From Negaprion brevirostris (lineage: Eukaryota), in NCBI GenBank assembly GCA_030324005.1, contig JARDVH010000146.1, positions 27,769,699-27,833,698 of the forward strand: a stretch of 64,000 bases of DNA, in the 5' to 3' direction. Below are positions 36,441-50,029 of this stretch, piece by piece; position 1 is the stretch's first letter, and each line of letters starts with the position of its first letter. Under the pieces are notes generated by a model, which made no database searches, had not been told where the DNA came from, and saw only the letters and a program-made list of their open reading frames with translations. Made by a program: the position numbers and the translations under genes.

Positions 36441-37007
36441 CACATCCTTCCTGGTTGCAGTGCTAATTCCTGCCTCAGCAATAAAATGGCCCAAATATCA
36501 TCCTCTGTGGCTGGGACAATGATGCACATTTCCTCTTCTTCACCCAACCTGCAGTCTGTGACATGATCACCCACAACATCACTCCTGCATTATCCAGCTG
36601 AATGAGATTGCTTCTGCCTGGTTCCACTCTGTTCAATTGCAACCCGAGCACCCTTAGTAACACCTTCTCTTCTTGAACCTGCACCATTACCTCTAGAATC
36701 GATTAAGGATCTATTCACATCTTTGTCTCCTCTTCCTCATCAACAAGCCGCTAGCAACATCACTGAAGACATGGGGCAGGATTTTACACATGGGCCACAG
36801 GACCCCACTCTCAATGGTCAAATGGAGGGTGACAATCTTGCACTATGTGAGGAATAACCACTCGCCTGTGACTCCCCCCAAATTTGTCAATTAGTGGTCA
36901 GGGAGGAGGTACGCTCAGCATCCAGCTCAGGATGGTGGGAAGAGGTATCTTGGAGCTAGAAAACAATAGGGAGACACATCAGTGCTGAGGAAACAAGTCT
37001 TTCAAAG

Positions 37008-37310
37008 GGTAGCATGGCGACAGAGTGGTTAGCACTGTTGCCTCACAGTGCCAGAAACCCGGGTTCAATTCCCGGCTTGGGTCACTGTCTGTGTGGAGTT
37101 TGCATGTTCTCCCCCCGTCTGCATGGATTTCATCCGGGTGCTCCGATTTCCTCCCACACTCCAAAGATGCGCTGGTTAGATGCACTGGCTGTCCTAAATT
37201 CTCCTTCAGTGTACCTGAATAGCTGCTGGAGTGTGGTGACAAGGGGATTTTCACAGTAGCTTTATTGAAGTGTTAATGTAAGCCTACTTGTGACTTATAA
37301 ATACACTTTA
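37008..37310 (+). mobile_element. V-SINE tail B
   Basis: Full head, V-domain and tail B. Confidence 0.9.
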
Positions 37311-37594
37311 AGTAAGTGAGGGAGAAGACCTTTCAACATTGAGGGGCCCTTGCTTTAACTTTTTAAAATTTCAAATAAATGAAACTGTTTGCAGTTAGGC
37401 CACCCTTGTCAAGGGGGAACCCCTTCACAGGGCAGCCTGTGGCTGCAGTTGGGGCTAAATAGGTAGTTGTGGGGGGATCCTTAGCCCACCTGGCCCCAGT
37501 CTGCCAGCAGCGACTGCCTCTCAACAACAAGATTGTTCCCCAGAACCTCTGAGAACATGAAGTCTTCAGCCAGACTAATAAGGTTGGCTTGCTG

Positions 37595-37768
37595 GAGTAT
37601 GAACTACCTGGTGAGTCCTAATTAATGGTTAAATCAGGAAGCCTCTTGCTCCCTATTTAAAGCAGGTGTGTCAGACTCCCAGCCTGCTGGAGAGCTGGCT
37701 GTGTACAGACGTATGGTGCAAATAAAGTAACTTGGTACAGGACTTTCACCTCTGTGGAGTTATTGCAG
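37595..37768 (+). mobile_element. Probable solo-LTR fragment
   Basis: TATTTAAA, then AATAAA, ending GGAGTTATTGCA; LTR-like order of signals. Confidence 0.45.
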
Positions 37769-38431
37769 AGACTGACTGTAAAATTCCAGTCTCCCCCCCT
37801 CCCCTGACAATGGGCTTTGATGGATCATTAATATGATCAATTTAACTAATTAGCCGCTCCCACATAGTGCCTCTGGGAAAATGGCCTGGAATAGGATCGC
37901 TCTGGGGAATCGGCATGTTGACCAACAGCACAGAGTTCCATAACCCTCCTCCTTCCTACCTGGTCCTATTGGTGTGGAGATGCCAGTGTTGGATTGGGGT
38001 GGGCACAATAAGAAGGAGCAGTGCACTGAAAGTTCGTGATTCCAAATAAACCTGTTGAACTTTTAACCTGGTGTTGTGAGTCTTCTTACTGGTCCTACTG
38101 GGACCAGTGATTCAGTTCAAGGGGTTTACTTCCACCAGACAGTTGAGGAAAGCCTTGAGCTCTCTCTGATCTATCACTTCTCCTGGGTTGTTAGTATGTC
38201 CATCTATGTCCAGTCTCATGTGNNNNNNNNNNAGCAAAAACTTCCTCCAACTATGTATTGGAAGGACAAAATCCATGACCTTTGACCCCTCTCTATAAAC
38301 TCTGTGCTCTGGTTGCTGATTCTTCCCTTTTCTCCAGCTACAGTTGAACTAAACAGAAATAAGTGAGGTTATCCATGCTGTTCATATGCTGTGATTCACA
38401 CTTGAATGAAATGTGAAGCTTGTGTCTCACT

Positions 38432-38762
38432 TGGTAGCACAGTGGTTAGCAATGCTGCCACACAGCGCCAGGGAGTCGGATTCAGCTCTGGCCTTGGGTG
38501 ATGGTCTTTGTAATGTTTGCACGGTCTCTCCATGGGCTTCCTCCAGTTTCCTCTGTCAGTCCAAAGATGTATAGGTTAGGTGGATTGGCCATGCTGAAAT
38601 GCCCCTTAGTGTCCAAAGATGTGTCGTTTTAGGGGGATTGGTGGGGTAAATACACAGGGTTACAGGGATAGGCCTGAGTAAGATGCTTTGTTGGGGACAG
38701 ATGAGCAGACTTGATGGGCTGAATGGTCTCCTTCTGCACAGTAGGGATTCCATGATTCTATT
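38432..38762 (+). mobile_element. V-SINE tail A
   Basis: Head, V-domain and tail. Confidence 0.88.
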
Positions 38763-39699
38763 GTATGAGTTACCTTCAAAGGGACTTAAGAAGCATAGAT
38801 ATGAAAAGCATGAGTATCCAGTTAAGATAATAAAGGGTTACAATTGCATTACCCTTGTTTTTTGGTATTGTATAGATTTCTGGGTGCAGTCCAAAAACAA
38901 GATGATTGGACCACTTCAAGGAGTGACTAATACCCCGACACGGCGAGACACAAACTTGCAATGGCTTCCTTCATATCACACTTTTAATAAAAGGCTTATA
39001 TGATTTGAATACCAGTCAACTCAGGAAATTTTTCAGTTTAGCAGAGCAGCGATTGGCAACCTGGATTCAGGTGTAGCTCTTGTGGGATTGATCAAATCCA
39101 TTTTGATGATAATTCAATGGCTTGTTTCATTTTCTAAACTTTTATTCAAATTCTACCTGTGAAAAAGTATCAATCAATTAACAGCAATGTGTAAAAAAAA
39201 AGTAGAAGCATTACTAAAATGTGTTGCCCCTTTTGTTTTCTTTTAAGTGACAGCATTTCTTTTGACTACATTTTTAAAAAGTGTCTCTTCAAGTTAGTAA
39301 GATTGCCAACCCCTACAGTAGTTGCATTTTTGATTTGATGTTCCCTTGCTTTATTTTTAACTTCTTTGTCTCAGAATAGTTTCCCAAGCAAGAACCAATG
39401 TCCTCGAGAATGTTTGTATTTTCCCTGAAAACTAAGTAATTTCTTGTCTTTCACTGTCTGCTAAAGATTTGGCTCTTACAAAGTCGTCTTCCCAGGTTTT
39501 CTTTCATTCTATCTCTAAAAACTCCTTGAAGCTGTTAAGCCATTGTGAAGAGAATTTTGTTTAATGTTAGCCCAGTGAAAACCTTCCCCTCTGCCAAATG
39601 ATGTTCTTATTTCTGTTAAAGACAGATCTTCTTGAAATAAACGTGCGACAAAGGATCCCTTTTAACAAAAAAAAACACACTAACTGGTTGTTCCTCTTG

Positions 39700-39855
39700 T
39701 TCTATACTTGTGGCAGCTTGCCGTGTGAATTTTATTGATGTATTTGCATTCATAGCAACAGTGGCAGCACTTCAAGTTATTCAATTATACGTGAAATGCT
39801 TTTGAGCCAACCTGAGAATGTGGCATGGTGCTATATAAATGGAAATTCTTTCTTT
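39700..39855 (+). mobile_element. Deu-SINE 3' tail relic
   Basis: GCTTGCCGTGTG..CAACAGTGGCAGCACTTCAA..GGTGCTATATAAATGGAAATTCTTTC. Confidence 0.6.
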
Positions 39856-40579
39856 AAAGCATTGCGCATTTTTAAGATTCCTCTGCTTGACACAGAACAA
39901 GGTGGACGGGCTGTTGTGTGTTTTTATAAAGCGCTGAGAATCCTTGATTGCAACAAGGACCATACTGGAGTTTGAGCAACGTGGATATAATATTGACCCA
40001 AAGCTCTTCATTATAAAAAGATCGCCCTGCCTGTATTCCTCTCTTGTTTGCATTCACAAAAGAGCCAGAAGGCCAAAGGCACAACAATACTTTTGTTCGA
40101 CCAATTTAGTATTCAATTTGGCTTTCATTCCAAGTTTCCCTTTTACCTTTTGTACTGTTAAGGACTGCGCACATATTGCACATACAGCTTCCCCGCAAGG
40201 GCAGAGTCTTTGGCTTTATTTAATCTGCTCCCATGACTGTTCCAATCGCGATGCCAAAATTGCCAGTAGGCTTTCCACTTGATCTGCGAGAAAGTGCCAG
40301 ACTTCTTGTAGCTACTGGCTGTGTGACACCTCTTTGTCGGAAATTTGGCTCTGCCTTTCATTCTATTTTCATCTTTAACACTTTCATCCTGCGAGATGCC
40401 CATAATTGCTGTAAAGATTACTACAGGCATTTTACTGATGCTGATTTAAACTGTTCCAGTCATTGAATCTTGGTGCTGAGATTGCTAGGCATATATAAAC
40501 TGATCTTGCTGCCAATGGATCATCTTTAGTCAGAAGGCGTATAAGTGAATTTATAGCACCACGTTCGGTCCATCGTAAC

Positions 40580-40753
40580 AAAGATGTGTGGGTTAGGTTG
40601 ACTGGCCATGCTAAATTGCCCCGAGTGTCAGTGGGATTAGTAGGGTAAATACGCGGTAAATACAGGGATGGGGCCTGGGTGGGACTGTTGCAGCTGCAGA
40701 CTCGCTGGGTCAAATGGTCTCTTTTTGCACTGTAGGGATCCTAGGATTCTATG
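40580..40753 (+). mobile_element. V-SINE 3' part, tail A
   Basis: AAAGATGTGTGGGTTAGG..GCACTGTAGGGAT..ATTCTATGA. Confidence 0.85.
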
Positions 40754-40892
40754 AGGCTTTCTAAAGGCTGTGAACATTTTTTTCTTGGGTATTAACTAAA
40801 ATATTTGTTGATATTTTCTGATAGCATTGATAGTGCTACAGATATACAACCATCCAGATGTATTAAAAAGTTTGGATGTCCACGATGTGAAA

Positions 40893-41003
40893 TGTACACA
40901 CACATGCATAACATGCGCGCACACACACACACACATATACATACTCGCAAGATGCGTANNNGCAAGATGCGTACATACACACCCACACACACACATACAT
41001 GCA
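40893..41003 (+). repeat. Imperfect (CA)n microsatellite
   Basis: ACACACACACACACATATACATAC... Confidence 0.85.
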
Positions 41004-41032
41004 TTTCAAATGCTGTATAATCATACATTCTT

Positions 41033-41202
41033 AAAGTGTCACAAGTAGGCTTACATTAACACTGTGAAAATCCCCGAGTTGCCACACTCTAATGCCTGTT
41101 CAGGAGTACTGAGGGAACATTTAGCATGGCCAGTACACCTAACCAGCACATCTTTCGGACTGTGGGAGGAAACCAGAGCACCCGGAGGAAACCCACACAG
41201 AT
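41033..41202 (-). mobile_element. V-SINE tail B, 3' half
   Basis: AGTGTCACAAGTAGGCTTACATTAACAC on +. Confidence 0.85.
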
Positions 41203-41460
41203 AAATTAAGGCAGGTAAACAAGTGGAAAAATCAGGTTTGAATTCAGGGGATCCAGGATGTTGCTAGATGTAAATTTATAATCACAATCATCAAACAGGC
41301 TATTAGGAGCATTTTGTATCCACTTTGCTGCATGAAGAATGTTCACAATTTAAACAATCTCACTGCGGTAAAAGTGAACTCACAATCAACCTATATCTTC
41401 AATTCTGCCAACACTGTGATTGTGGGAACATCTTTGACTGTTATGAATTATTACAATATG

Positions 41461-41738
41461 AAGTTTAGAGTTTATTTATTAGTGTCACAAGTAGCCTTAC
41501 ACTGCAATGAAATTACTGTGAAAACCCCTGACTCAGACCACACTCTGGCACCAGTTCAGGGAGAATTTAGCACGGCTGATACACCTAATCTGCATGTCTT
41601 TCGGACTGTGGGAGGAAACTGGAACACGTGGAGGAAACACATGCAGCCAAGGGCTGAACATGACCTGAGCCGGGAATCAAACCTGGGTCCATGGCGCTGT
41701 GAAGCTGCAGTGCTAACCACTGTGCCACCATGCTGTGC
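41461..41738 (-). mobile_element. V-SINE tail B
   Basis: Reverse-strand tail B, V-domain and head. Confidence 0.88.
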
Positions 41739-41819
41739 CTAACAATGATGCATGAATAACAGACTCCCTACTAACGCTTGTACTGTGAGCACTTCCAGAA
41801 AAATGAACCATGATTTATT

Positions 41820-41917
41820 GAAAAAGCAGAATATTGTGGATGCTGAAAATCTGACTTGTATGCTCAGGAAGTACTCAGCAGATCAGGCAGCACCCGTAGA
41901 GAGAGAAATAGATTAAT
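41820..41917 (-). mobile_element. Penelope-like element terminal fragment
   Basis: GCAGAATATTGTGGATGCTGAAAATCTG..TACTCAGCAGATCAGGCAGCA; inverted relatives at about 43185-43250 and 48445-48510. Confidence 0.5.
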
Positions 41918-44009
41918 TCCTGAGATTCTATGGGTACACTAGCTAGGGAGGGAATCACATTGGCCCAGAGAACGGGTTTATCACTTGTTGCCAGACCCAT
42001 TCCAATGCTTCCAGTCCACAACAATAACCCCAATCAGGTTCCCAACCAATGCAGCCAAGAACCCAATAAATTTTCAAATTGACTAATAGTGGGTTTGAAG
42101 CCCGATTCAATTCCCCCTCGCTATTTACCTCCGCAGTGGGATCTGCAGTGGATGGGCTTTGGTATAGGTGCTGACAATCATGGACTTGGCATGTTGGACC
42201 CTGAGGGGAAGGGCGGGGTGTCAAGGAGGTGAGTTTAGTGCACATGTGCCCTCCACTGCCAGATTGTAGAGCAAGGGTCCTCTGAAGGTCCTGGAGGTGG
42301 GGGGTGGGGGGGGTTGTGTTGGATGGGCTCAAGCTGGGAAAAGGAGTTGATTCCAGCACAGTCCCCTGGAATGCAGCTCCTGTGGCTGGACTGTTCCTTA
42401 TAGCCCTGGTAGATCTGAAAATCACTCCTGGTATGGTTACAGGTGGCTCTCCGCTCAAAATTTTCATTCCTGCCTGTCATCTGTGCGAACTTTGAAATGG
42501 CCTGGTCACTTTAACCTCCACACTCCCTGTTCACCTGGCAGGTATTTAAACAGCTGCAGCACCACATTCTGCAGCAGAGATTTCCCTTTCTCTCTGTCAG
42601 AAACTGCAGCTTTGAACATGCCCCTTCGAAGTTCTCTGACAGAGAAGAGATATCAATTTCACTGGGTGGTCTCTTCTCCACAGCTGTGCAGTCAGCCTTA
42701 ATGTATTTATGCAGCTTTAATTTGAACTCTCTAAGCCTTCCCGGAAAGCAAAAACCTTTGAAGCTGTCTCTATTCAACTGAAAACCTTTGATCTCTTTCA
42801 ATTTCATAGTGCAGTGCTTGAAACAAGTTTTGATTGACAGCTTAATGGATTTACACTTAACTACCAGTCAGCTGAGTTTATTTACCTTTCCCATCACATT
42901 TAAATGTATCTCAAGTACCCCCATTGTTTCTAACCACCACGTTTACAAAGAGCCTAAGCCTGATTGACAGCCGTGGTTTTTACAAAGGGGTTAAGTGCTC
43001 TGACTTCCTCTTTTGCAGGCTACTTTTTCTGAAAAGCAGGGCTGGCTGGCGGGTTTCTCGGGATGCAATGAACAGCATCTTTCAGATGGGAGAATCCCAC
43101 CGGACAGAGGCTGTCAGTGGAAACATTCTGGTTTTCCCGCTGGCGTGGGCACTTAGTCAGAAGAATCGCACCCATGATCAAATGCTAACAGTTTCTTCGT
43201 CTCTACAGATGCTGCCTGTACCTCTGAGTATTTGGGACATATTTTGTTTGACTTAACAGAAACAATCAACTTTTGCCTGTAACTTTAATTCAGTTTCTCT
43301 CAGCTATTCCACATAAAGGGAGAAGAAATATTCAGTTCAGTTTCTGTATCATATTTATAAATGAGAAGGCAGGACAGTTTGGAGAGATTCCAAGTAGCAA
43401 AATGAAGCATTTTTGTCCAAGACTGACTTTGCTATAAACTTTTAAAATTCTACAGTTGTATTTACGGAGTTTTAAAAAAAAGTAGCCGTCTTTGTAGAGG
43501 AATGTTCCAGCTCATTTTTTGGTTCACTTTGTTGTAGGTTTTCTTGGGTGTGTTTGAGGATGAGTGTCCAAGAGACTGTCACTTCAATTCAAATACAAAG
43601 CATCAGCCTGCTTTGCTCAGAAATAGTGTTGTTTGCCAGCTCTTTATTTAAATTCAGTGTGGTTCCAGTCTGAAAGTATTTACTTGCCTGTCTTTTCCAA
43701 ATCAGTGAGTCTGCCTGGAGCCTTCAAAGAGAGACAGCCAAGAGCCTCTGAATAGAGTCGGTGAGGCCAGGTATTTGGTGAGAAAAAGAGATCGATTATG
43801 GAAAAGGTATATCACCTTTTGACATGAACTCATAGAATCATAGAATCACAATAGTACAGAAGGAGGCCATTTGGCCCATCGAGTCTGCACCGACCACAAT
43901 CCCACCCAGGTCCTATTCCAGTTCAATGGTTTGGATCTTGTGTTTAAAGTAGCAGTAAGGCCATTAATGTTTAGCATCATTATGGAGTAAATTAGATAGC
44001 AGCTTCCAC

Positions 44010-44310
44010 TTGGTCCATCAAGTCTGTGCTGACTCTCCGACAGAGCCTCTTACCCAGGTCCTATCTCCATAATCCCATGTATTTCCCTCACTTATCTACA
44101 CATCTTGGGACATTAAAGGACAATTTAGCACCGCCAAACCATCTAGCCCACACATCTTTGGGGTGTGGGAGGAAACCAGAGCTCTCGGAGGAAACCCACA
44201 CAGACACGAGGAGAATATGCAAACTCCACACACACAGTGCCCCAAAGCCGGAATTGAACCTAGATCCCTAGCATTGTGAGGCAGCAGTGCTAACCCACCA
44301 TGCCACTGTG
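44010..44310 (-). mobile_element. V-SINE
   Basis: Reverse-strand head and V-domain; a tail A fragment lies at 43830-43920. Confidence 0.88.
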
Positions 44311-44654
44311 TCAAGACTACTACTTCACTAGTCAGTCAGAACAACACTTTCTTGAGTGCTTGGAAACTAAAGATTATTCAGTCTTTGATTTCACCTGTGG
44401 TCTATCTTCTTATGCTGTGGAACAGGTTTGTCCAGCTCCCAAAAAGTCCCCTATGGTCAGACAAACCAATTGCCCGCCTGATTACCATAAAGCCTCTACT
44501 GAAAGTGGTATCAGAGAATGATCAGCTCTGAGTGGTATCAGAGAATGATCAGAACTGAGAAGCCTCTACCTCCAACTATAATGATGGTACAGCTGATCAA
44601 CAGAGAAAATACTATGCACACGCTGAAACTTCCAGCCAGCAGATCAAAACCACA

Positions 44655-45910
44655 AGGAAATGAAAGAATTCATAACGGGGAATAAAGAAACGGCTAAGGA
44701 ATTAAATTTGCACTTTGCTTCAATCTTCGCAAAGGAAGAAATGAATAGTGTACCAGCAGTGCTGAGAGAAACATGTTTTAGTGAGGAGGTGAAGGAGATC
44801 AGCATTAGCTGAGAAATGGTTTTGGAGAAATTGATGGGATTAAAGGTGGATAAATCTCCAGGTCCTGATGATCTTCATCCCAAAGTACTTCAGGAAGTGG
44901 CTCTGGAAATAGTAGATCCATTAGTGGTTATTTTCCAAAATTCTCTGGACTCTGAAGTAGTTCTGACAGGATGGTAGCTAACGTAAGCCCATTATTCAAA
45001 AAGGGAGGTAAGGAGAAAACTAAGAACTATAGACCAGTGAGCCTATTGTACTAGGGAAGTTGCTAGAGTCCATTATCAAGAATTTCATAACTCGGTATTT
45101 AGAAGGCAGTGGTATAATCAGATCAAAGTCAGCATGGATTTACAAAAGGGAAATCATGCTTCACGAATCTATTAGAATTTTTTTGAGGATGTAACTAGTA
45201 GAGTTGATCGAAGAGAACCAGTGGATGTGGTTTACTTAGACTTTTAGAAGGTTTTCGACAAGATCTCACATGACAGACTACTATGTAAAGTTAAAGCATG
45301 TAGGAGTGCAGGTAATGTCTTGGGATAGTTAGAAAGTTGGTTAACAGATAAGACGCAAAGAGTTGGCATAAATGGGTCTTTTTCTGATTGGCAGTCAGTG
45401 ACTAGTGGGGTTCCACAGGGATTTGTGCCAGGACCCCAACTGTTCACATTATATATTAATGATTTGGTAGAGGGAACTGAATGTATCATCTCTAAATTTA
45501 CAGATGATACAAAATTGTTTGGGAAGCTGAGCTGTGAGGAGGATGCAAAGATACTTCAGCGTGATTTGGACAGGCGGTGTGAATGGGCATCTGCACAGCA
45601 AATGCAGAATAATGTGGATAAACGCGAGTTTATCCACCTTGGTAGCAATAAAAGGAAGATAGATTTCACTCAGAGGGTCGTGAGCCTTTGGAACTTTCTT
45701 CCTGAACAGATGGTGGAAGCAGAGTCATTAGATATTTTTAAGGCAGAAGTGGATAAATTCTTGGTGAGCATGGGAGTGGTAAGTTATCAGGGGTAGGTGG
45801 GATGTTAATTTGAGGTTACCGTCATATCAGCCATGATCTCATTGAACGATGGAGCAAGTTGAAGGGGTTGAATGGCCTACTCCTGCTCCTGGTTCATATG
45901 TTCATATGTA
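44655..45910 (+). mobile_element. CR1 LINE RT with internal deletion and 3' end
   Basis: KSPGPDDLHP, NYRPVSL, QHGFTKGKSC, VTSGVPQG, KFTDDTK; jumps at about 45664 to the C-terminal FTQRVVSLWN. Confidence 0.92.
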
Positions 45911-46179
45911 ACTGCAGCTTTTTCAGGCAGTGGAGGAAGGTTAAGAAGAGAGTAAAGATACATCATCATTTTATTGCGCAGACCAGTTTAAATACTGACA
46001 GTGTACATAACTTAGAGGATAATATAAAAGCTGGGCTCTGCATGCAATGAGACACTGTGCTTGTGAAATGAAGCATGGGCAAGGGGCAATGCTAGTCCAG
46101 ACTCCAGCCCCCTGGAAGGTGAGATCATGGATCACTTCCTCTGCAAGATGGGGGGAGGGGGGGTGGGGTTTGATGTTTC

Positions 46180-46640
46180 AGCTGGGGCTTTGTTGGACCA
46201 GCCTACAGGAAAAGACTGACACAATGGAATTCTCACTGAATTGGGAAATCTGACAGAAATTTTAAGGAGAATGAGAGGAATCTGACACCAACATGGCACT
46301 GGGGTTTGTGCAGAACTTGGACCCATTCTTTCCAGTGGGAAGTGGTGGCTGATTCCATCAATACATTTGTGGACACAACCATAATATAGTGACTGATGTT
46401 TCAGTTTCCACTCCAGCGCAGATGGTAAATATTCAACGTCTAAGTGTGCAGTCGAAGTTTTGACTGCTGTTGTATGAGGTGAACTTGCTGCCAATCATGC
46501 CTGTGGATATCATTGCTCAAAGGTGTCAGAGCAGTCCAGGCAATCTGCCCTCCAATAGGGGACACAATTACAAAGGTATTGCCCTGGGGGTGTGACACAA
46601 TCATGCTGTCTTCTCTCAGAAAGACAGCCTTCATCCCCTA
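46180..46640 (+). pseudogene. Possible C-terminal coiled-coil region of a Harbinger Myb-like gene
   Basis: Fragments NMALGFVQNL..EVVADSINTFVDTT..DVSVSTPAQMVNIQRLS recall the Ala/Ser-rich tails of such genes. Confidence 0.3.
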
Positions 46641-46802
46641 CAACGTCACTCTACCACTGTTCTTGTTGGCTATCCATCAGCCAGTCAACCCAGACTATAC
46701 TGCTGTATGCCAAGGCAGTGCAGACCACATTTTTATATTCATTTATGGGATGTTGGGCGTCACCTAGGCCAGTCCTAGTTGCCCTTGAAGTAAAGTTAAA
46801 AT

Positions 46803-47066
46803 GAAGTTTATTTATTAGTCACAAAGTAAGGCTTACATTAACACTGCAATGAAGTTACTGTGAAATTCACCACACTCCGGCACCTGTTCGGGCCAATGCA
46901 CCCAACCAGCACGTCTTTCAGTCTGTGGGATGAAACCAGTGCACCCGGAGGAGAGCCAAACAGACACAGGGAGAACGTGCAGACTCCACACAGACAGCGA
47001 ACCAAGCTGGGAATCAAACCCAGGTCCCTGGCGCTCTGAGGCAGCAGTGCCAACCACTGTGCCATC
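46803..47066 (-). mobile_element. V-SINE tail B
   Basis: Reverse-strand tail B, V-domain and head. Confidence 0.88.
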
Positions 47067-47581
47067 CAACAAGTACTTACACTTCACAAAGTCTAATTCT
47101 TAACAGGTAGCTACCTCTGCTGTTCCAACATAACAGTATCCCCACAGACTCTCTTTAGAACCAGTCAGCACAGAAGCCAAAGATGTTTGTGTACACTTAA
47201 TTTGCAACATTTTGGTACTTCTGGACAGTGATCCAGACAGAACCTCATTCTCATTAGAAACTTCCAGGGAGACAGCTCCGCCCCTAAACAGTAGAATCTC
47301 AGAGAAAAAGACTTATTTCTTGGCATATTCCGGTCTTCACTTCAAACACAGCAAGAGATACAAAGGAAGCAATCTCTCTCTAAAAATCCCAAAGCAGAGT
47401 TCTCTGTGTCAGCCTAACCCCACCCGGTCATATGACCTTACCTGTTAATCAACCTAACCAAGTCCTACTCTGCAATATCCCAGGGGAAAGCACAAAAAAA
47501 TAGAACACTGCATTAGTTCAGATTAAACAAAGAGTGGTGAAGAAGGCATTCAACATGCTTCGTTTCATTGATCAGAACATT

Positions 47582-47724
47582 GCAGGTTAGGAGGATTGGC
47601 CATGCTAAATGGCCCCTTAGTTTCCAAAGATGTGCAGGTTAGGAGGGTTGGCCATGCTAAATTGCCCCTTAGTGTCCAAAGATGTGCAGGTTAGGTGGAT
47701 TGGCCATGCTAAATTGCCCCTTAG
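47582..47724 (+). repeat. Tandem ~52-bp repeat of a V-SINE internal segment
   Basis: GCAGGTTAGG.GGATTGGCCATGCTAAAT.GCCCCTTAGT.TCCAAAGATGT, about 2.7 copies up to the gap. Confidence 0.85.
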
Positions 47725-48583
47725 NNNNNNNNNNCACGCTGGGTCTCTGGATTACTAGTCAAGCAACAATACCACTGAGCTGCTACCCCCCCAGTTAAGT
47801 TGTTCTGGCCTAGAACTGCACAATGTCATTCCCCAGGGCTATCTGCAGTCTCCTATTTCCAGCTATGCTGAGCCACTGGGGTACCACTGTATAGGAGCAT
47901 TAGGACAAGCAAGGATACAGGGAAAGGGGGGGGAATCTAGGGAACGCACAGGGGTGATTAGTTTGCAATATGACATAATTTCATTGGTAAAATGTGGTCT
48001 GGAATATTTATTTTGTGTTGGCTTTGACTTTTGCGTCATGGCCAAGTAATTGATGGTCGGTGACAGAGAGGGTAGGGTTTGGGGTTACTGGCATAACCTT
48101 TGAATTTGTTCTGCACCTACAGCCCGGATAGAAAGGCCTGTGTCCAACTCGCAGCCTCAGTTCCTCTTCCAGCTCCCTCACGTCTTCTCCTCACGTTCTA
48201 GCTTTCTCATTTGATGGATGGTGATGGGAATTTTGTTTTCCTTTCATAACCTCATGGCAATTCACCAGAAATATTGAAACCTGTTCAGGTAGCAGAGTCC
48301 TTGTTTAAACACAGCAAGGCTCTGTTGTATCCTGTTTGATGTGGCGACATGATTCTCACTCTGTGCTTGTTGTGCATGTGTGGCTGGCTTGTGAATCAAA
48401 GTCAGATGTCAATAATGCCACCCAGAACTAAAGTTTAGGTTTGGTGAGTTTTTCCAGCACTTCCTGTGTCTATTTCAAACTTCTAGTGTCTGCAGTATTT
48501 TATTTCTGTTACGGGAAGAAAGAACCCAGCACCGTTTTCTGGTCACTAACAGGCTGAAAACATTCATGCCAGGCTGCGTGATG

Positions 48584-48747
48584 CATAGAATCACAGAATC
48601 CCTACACTGCAGACAGAGGCCGTTCAGCCCATCGAGTCTGCACTGCCAACAATCCCACCCAGGACCTATTCCTTTAACCTCAGATATTTACCCTGCTAAC
48701 CCTCCTAACACTAAGGGGCAATTTAACATGACCAATCAACCTAACCA
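48584..48747 (-). mobile_element. V-SINE 3' part, tail A
   Basis: CATAGAATCACAGAATCCCTACACTGCAG on +. Confidence 0.85.
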
Positions 48748-48837
48748 TTCCATGCATTTAAACTCCCACTGGGTTGAGATTTTCCCAAGCCTCTGGCAGA
48801 AAATAAAGCAGTAACACATGACTTTAAAATTTGAATA

Positions 48838-49090
48838 GTGGATGGAATTCTCTGCCCGTTGAAGTGGTGGAGGCTGCCTCGCTAAATATTTTTAAGATGC
48901 GGGTAGATAGGTTNNNNNNNNNNNNNNNNNNNNNNNNNNNNNNNNNNNNNNNNNNNNNNNNNNNNNNNNNNNNNNNNNNNNNNNNNNNNNNNNNNNNNNN
49001 NNNNNNNNNNNNNTGGCGGGGCAGGCTCGAAGGGCTAGATGGCCTACTCCTGCTCCTATTTCTTATGTTCTTATGTTCTTATGTTCATGT
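48838..49090 (+). mobile_element. CR1 3' end (gapped)
   Basis: WNSLPVEVVEA; GGCCTACTCCTGCTCCTATTTC(TTATGTTC)n tail. Confidence 0.85.
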
Positions 49091-49634
49091 ATGTATGACT
49101 GGCTTCCCAATGCTGTTGCGGTTAATACCTTCCTGTTGCTGCAGCCCAGCAATACAATTAGTTCTATGTTCTAATTAGGACAAATGCCACAGGAGTCAGG
49201 GCTTCTAGACGTTAGCTCTCAAGTTAGCTTCTGCAATGTAACCAGGGGCCTAATCATGCCAGGGAATTCTTCACCATTGAGCATCAGGTTTGCTAGAATT
49301 AGTGGCTGAAATCCAAAAGAATGAAGGCATTAAGACACGTGCCAGGATCCTGGACATCTACTGGCACGGTGAGCTGCCAGTTGTCACACGCCAGCTGTGT
49401 TTTGAAGGAGTGAAATCTCTTTCAATTCCATTACATGGCAGAGTTGACAAAGCAATGTGCAGGCAGCCAATGGTACCTGTTGTATCATGGAGTATGCTAG
49501 AGCAAGTCTCATAGAGTGTGAACTGTGATAATCAGTGATATCACTGAGGGAAATGACATACACTCAAGTGATGTGAGATTCTGAATCAGTCTAAAGTGAA
49601 AGCAAAATGGGCAGGAGTTTCTAAAAGTTTCTCC

Positions 49635-49852
49635 ATAATCCAAAGATGTGCAAGTTTGGTGGATTGGCCATGAAAAATTGCCCCTTAGTGTCCAAATATA
49701 TGTAGGTTAGAAGGATTAGCCATGGGAAATGTGTGGGGTTATGGGTAGGGTGGTGGAGAGGGCATGGGTAAGGTACTCTGTCAGAGAGTCCGTCTAGACT
49801 CAATGGGCTGAATGACTTCTTCAGCACTGTAGGGATTCTATTCTATTCTATA
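49635..49852 (+). mobile_element. V-SINE 3' part, tail A
   Basis: TCCAAAGATGTG..GCACTGTAGGGATTCTATTCTA. Confidence 0.85.
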
Positions 49853-50029
49853 TTCTGCAAATATGTTAAAATAAGTGTTACAGTGTTTATAGCTAGCAGG
49901 GCTTGGAAATCACTGTAACTAGTCCAACTCAACAACAACACAGATGTAGCAGCCTGTATGAGGATGCCTGTAAACCTTACAAATTTCCATATGTCTCTGG
50001 CAAGAAGGATTAGATAAAGTTATCTCTCT

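Noticed and set aside
36224-36574. 116-aa minus-strand ORF
   Set aside because: Largely antisense to an L2 fragment.
40946-40973. GCAAGATGCGTA duplicated around NNN
   Set aside because: Typical contig-overlap artefact in a microsatellite.
42999-43160. Good splice acceptor followed by an open frame
   Set aside because: Runs into a MITE-like sequence and a stop with no donor.
47582-47724. CRISPR-like regular repeats (also at 61457 and 55435)
   Set aside because: No unique spacers, eukaryotic context, and the 52-bp unit is SINE-derived.
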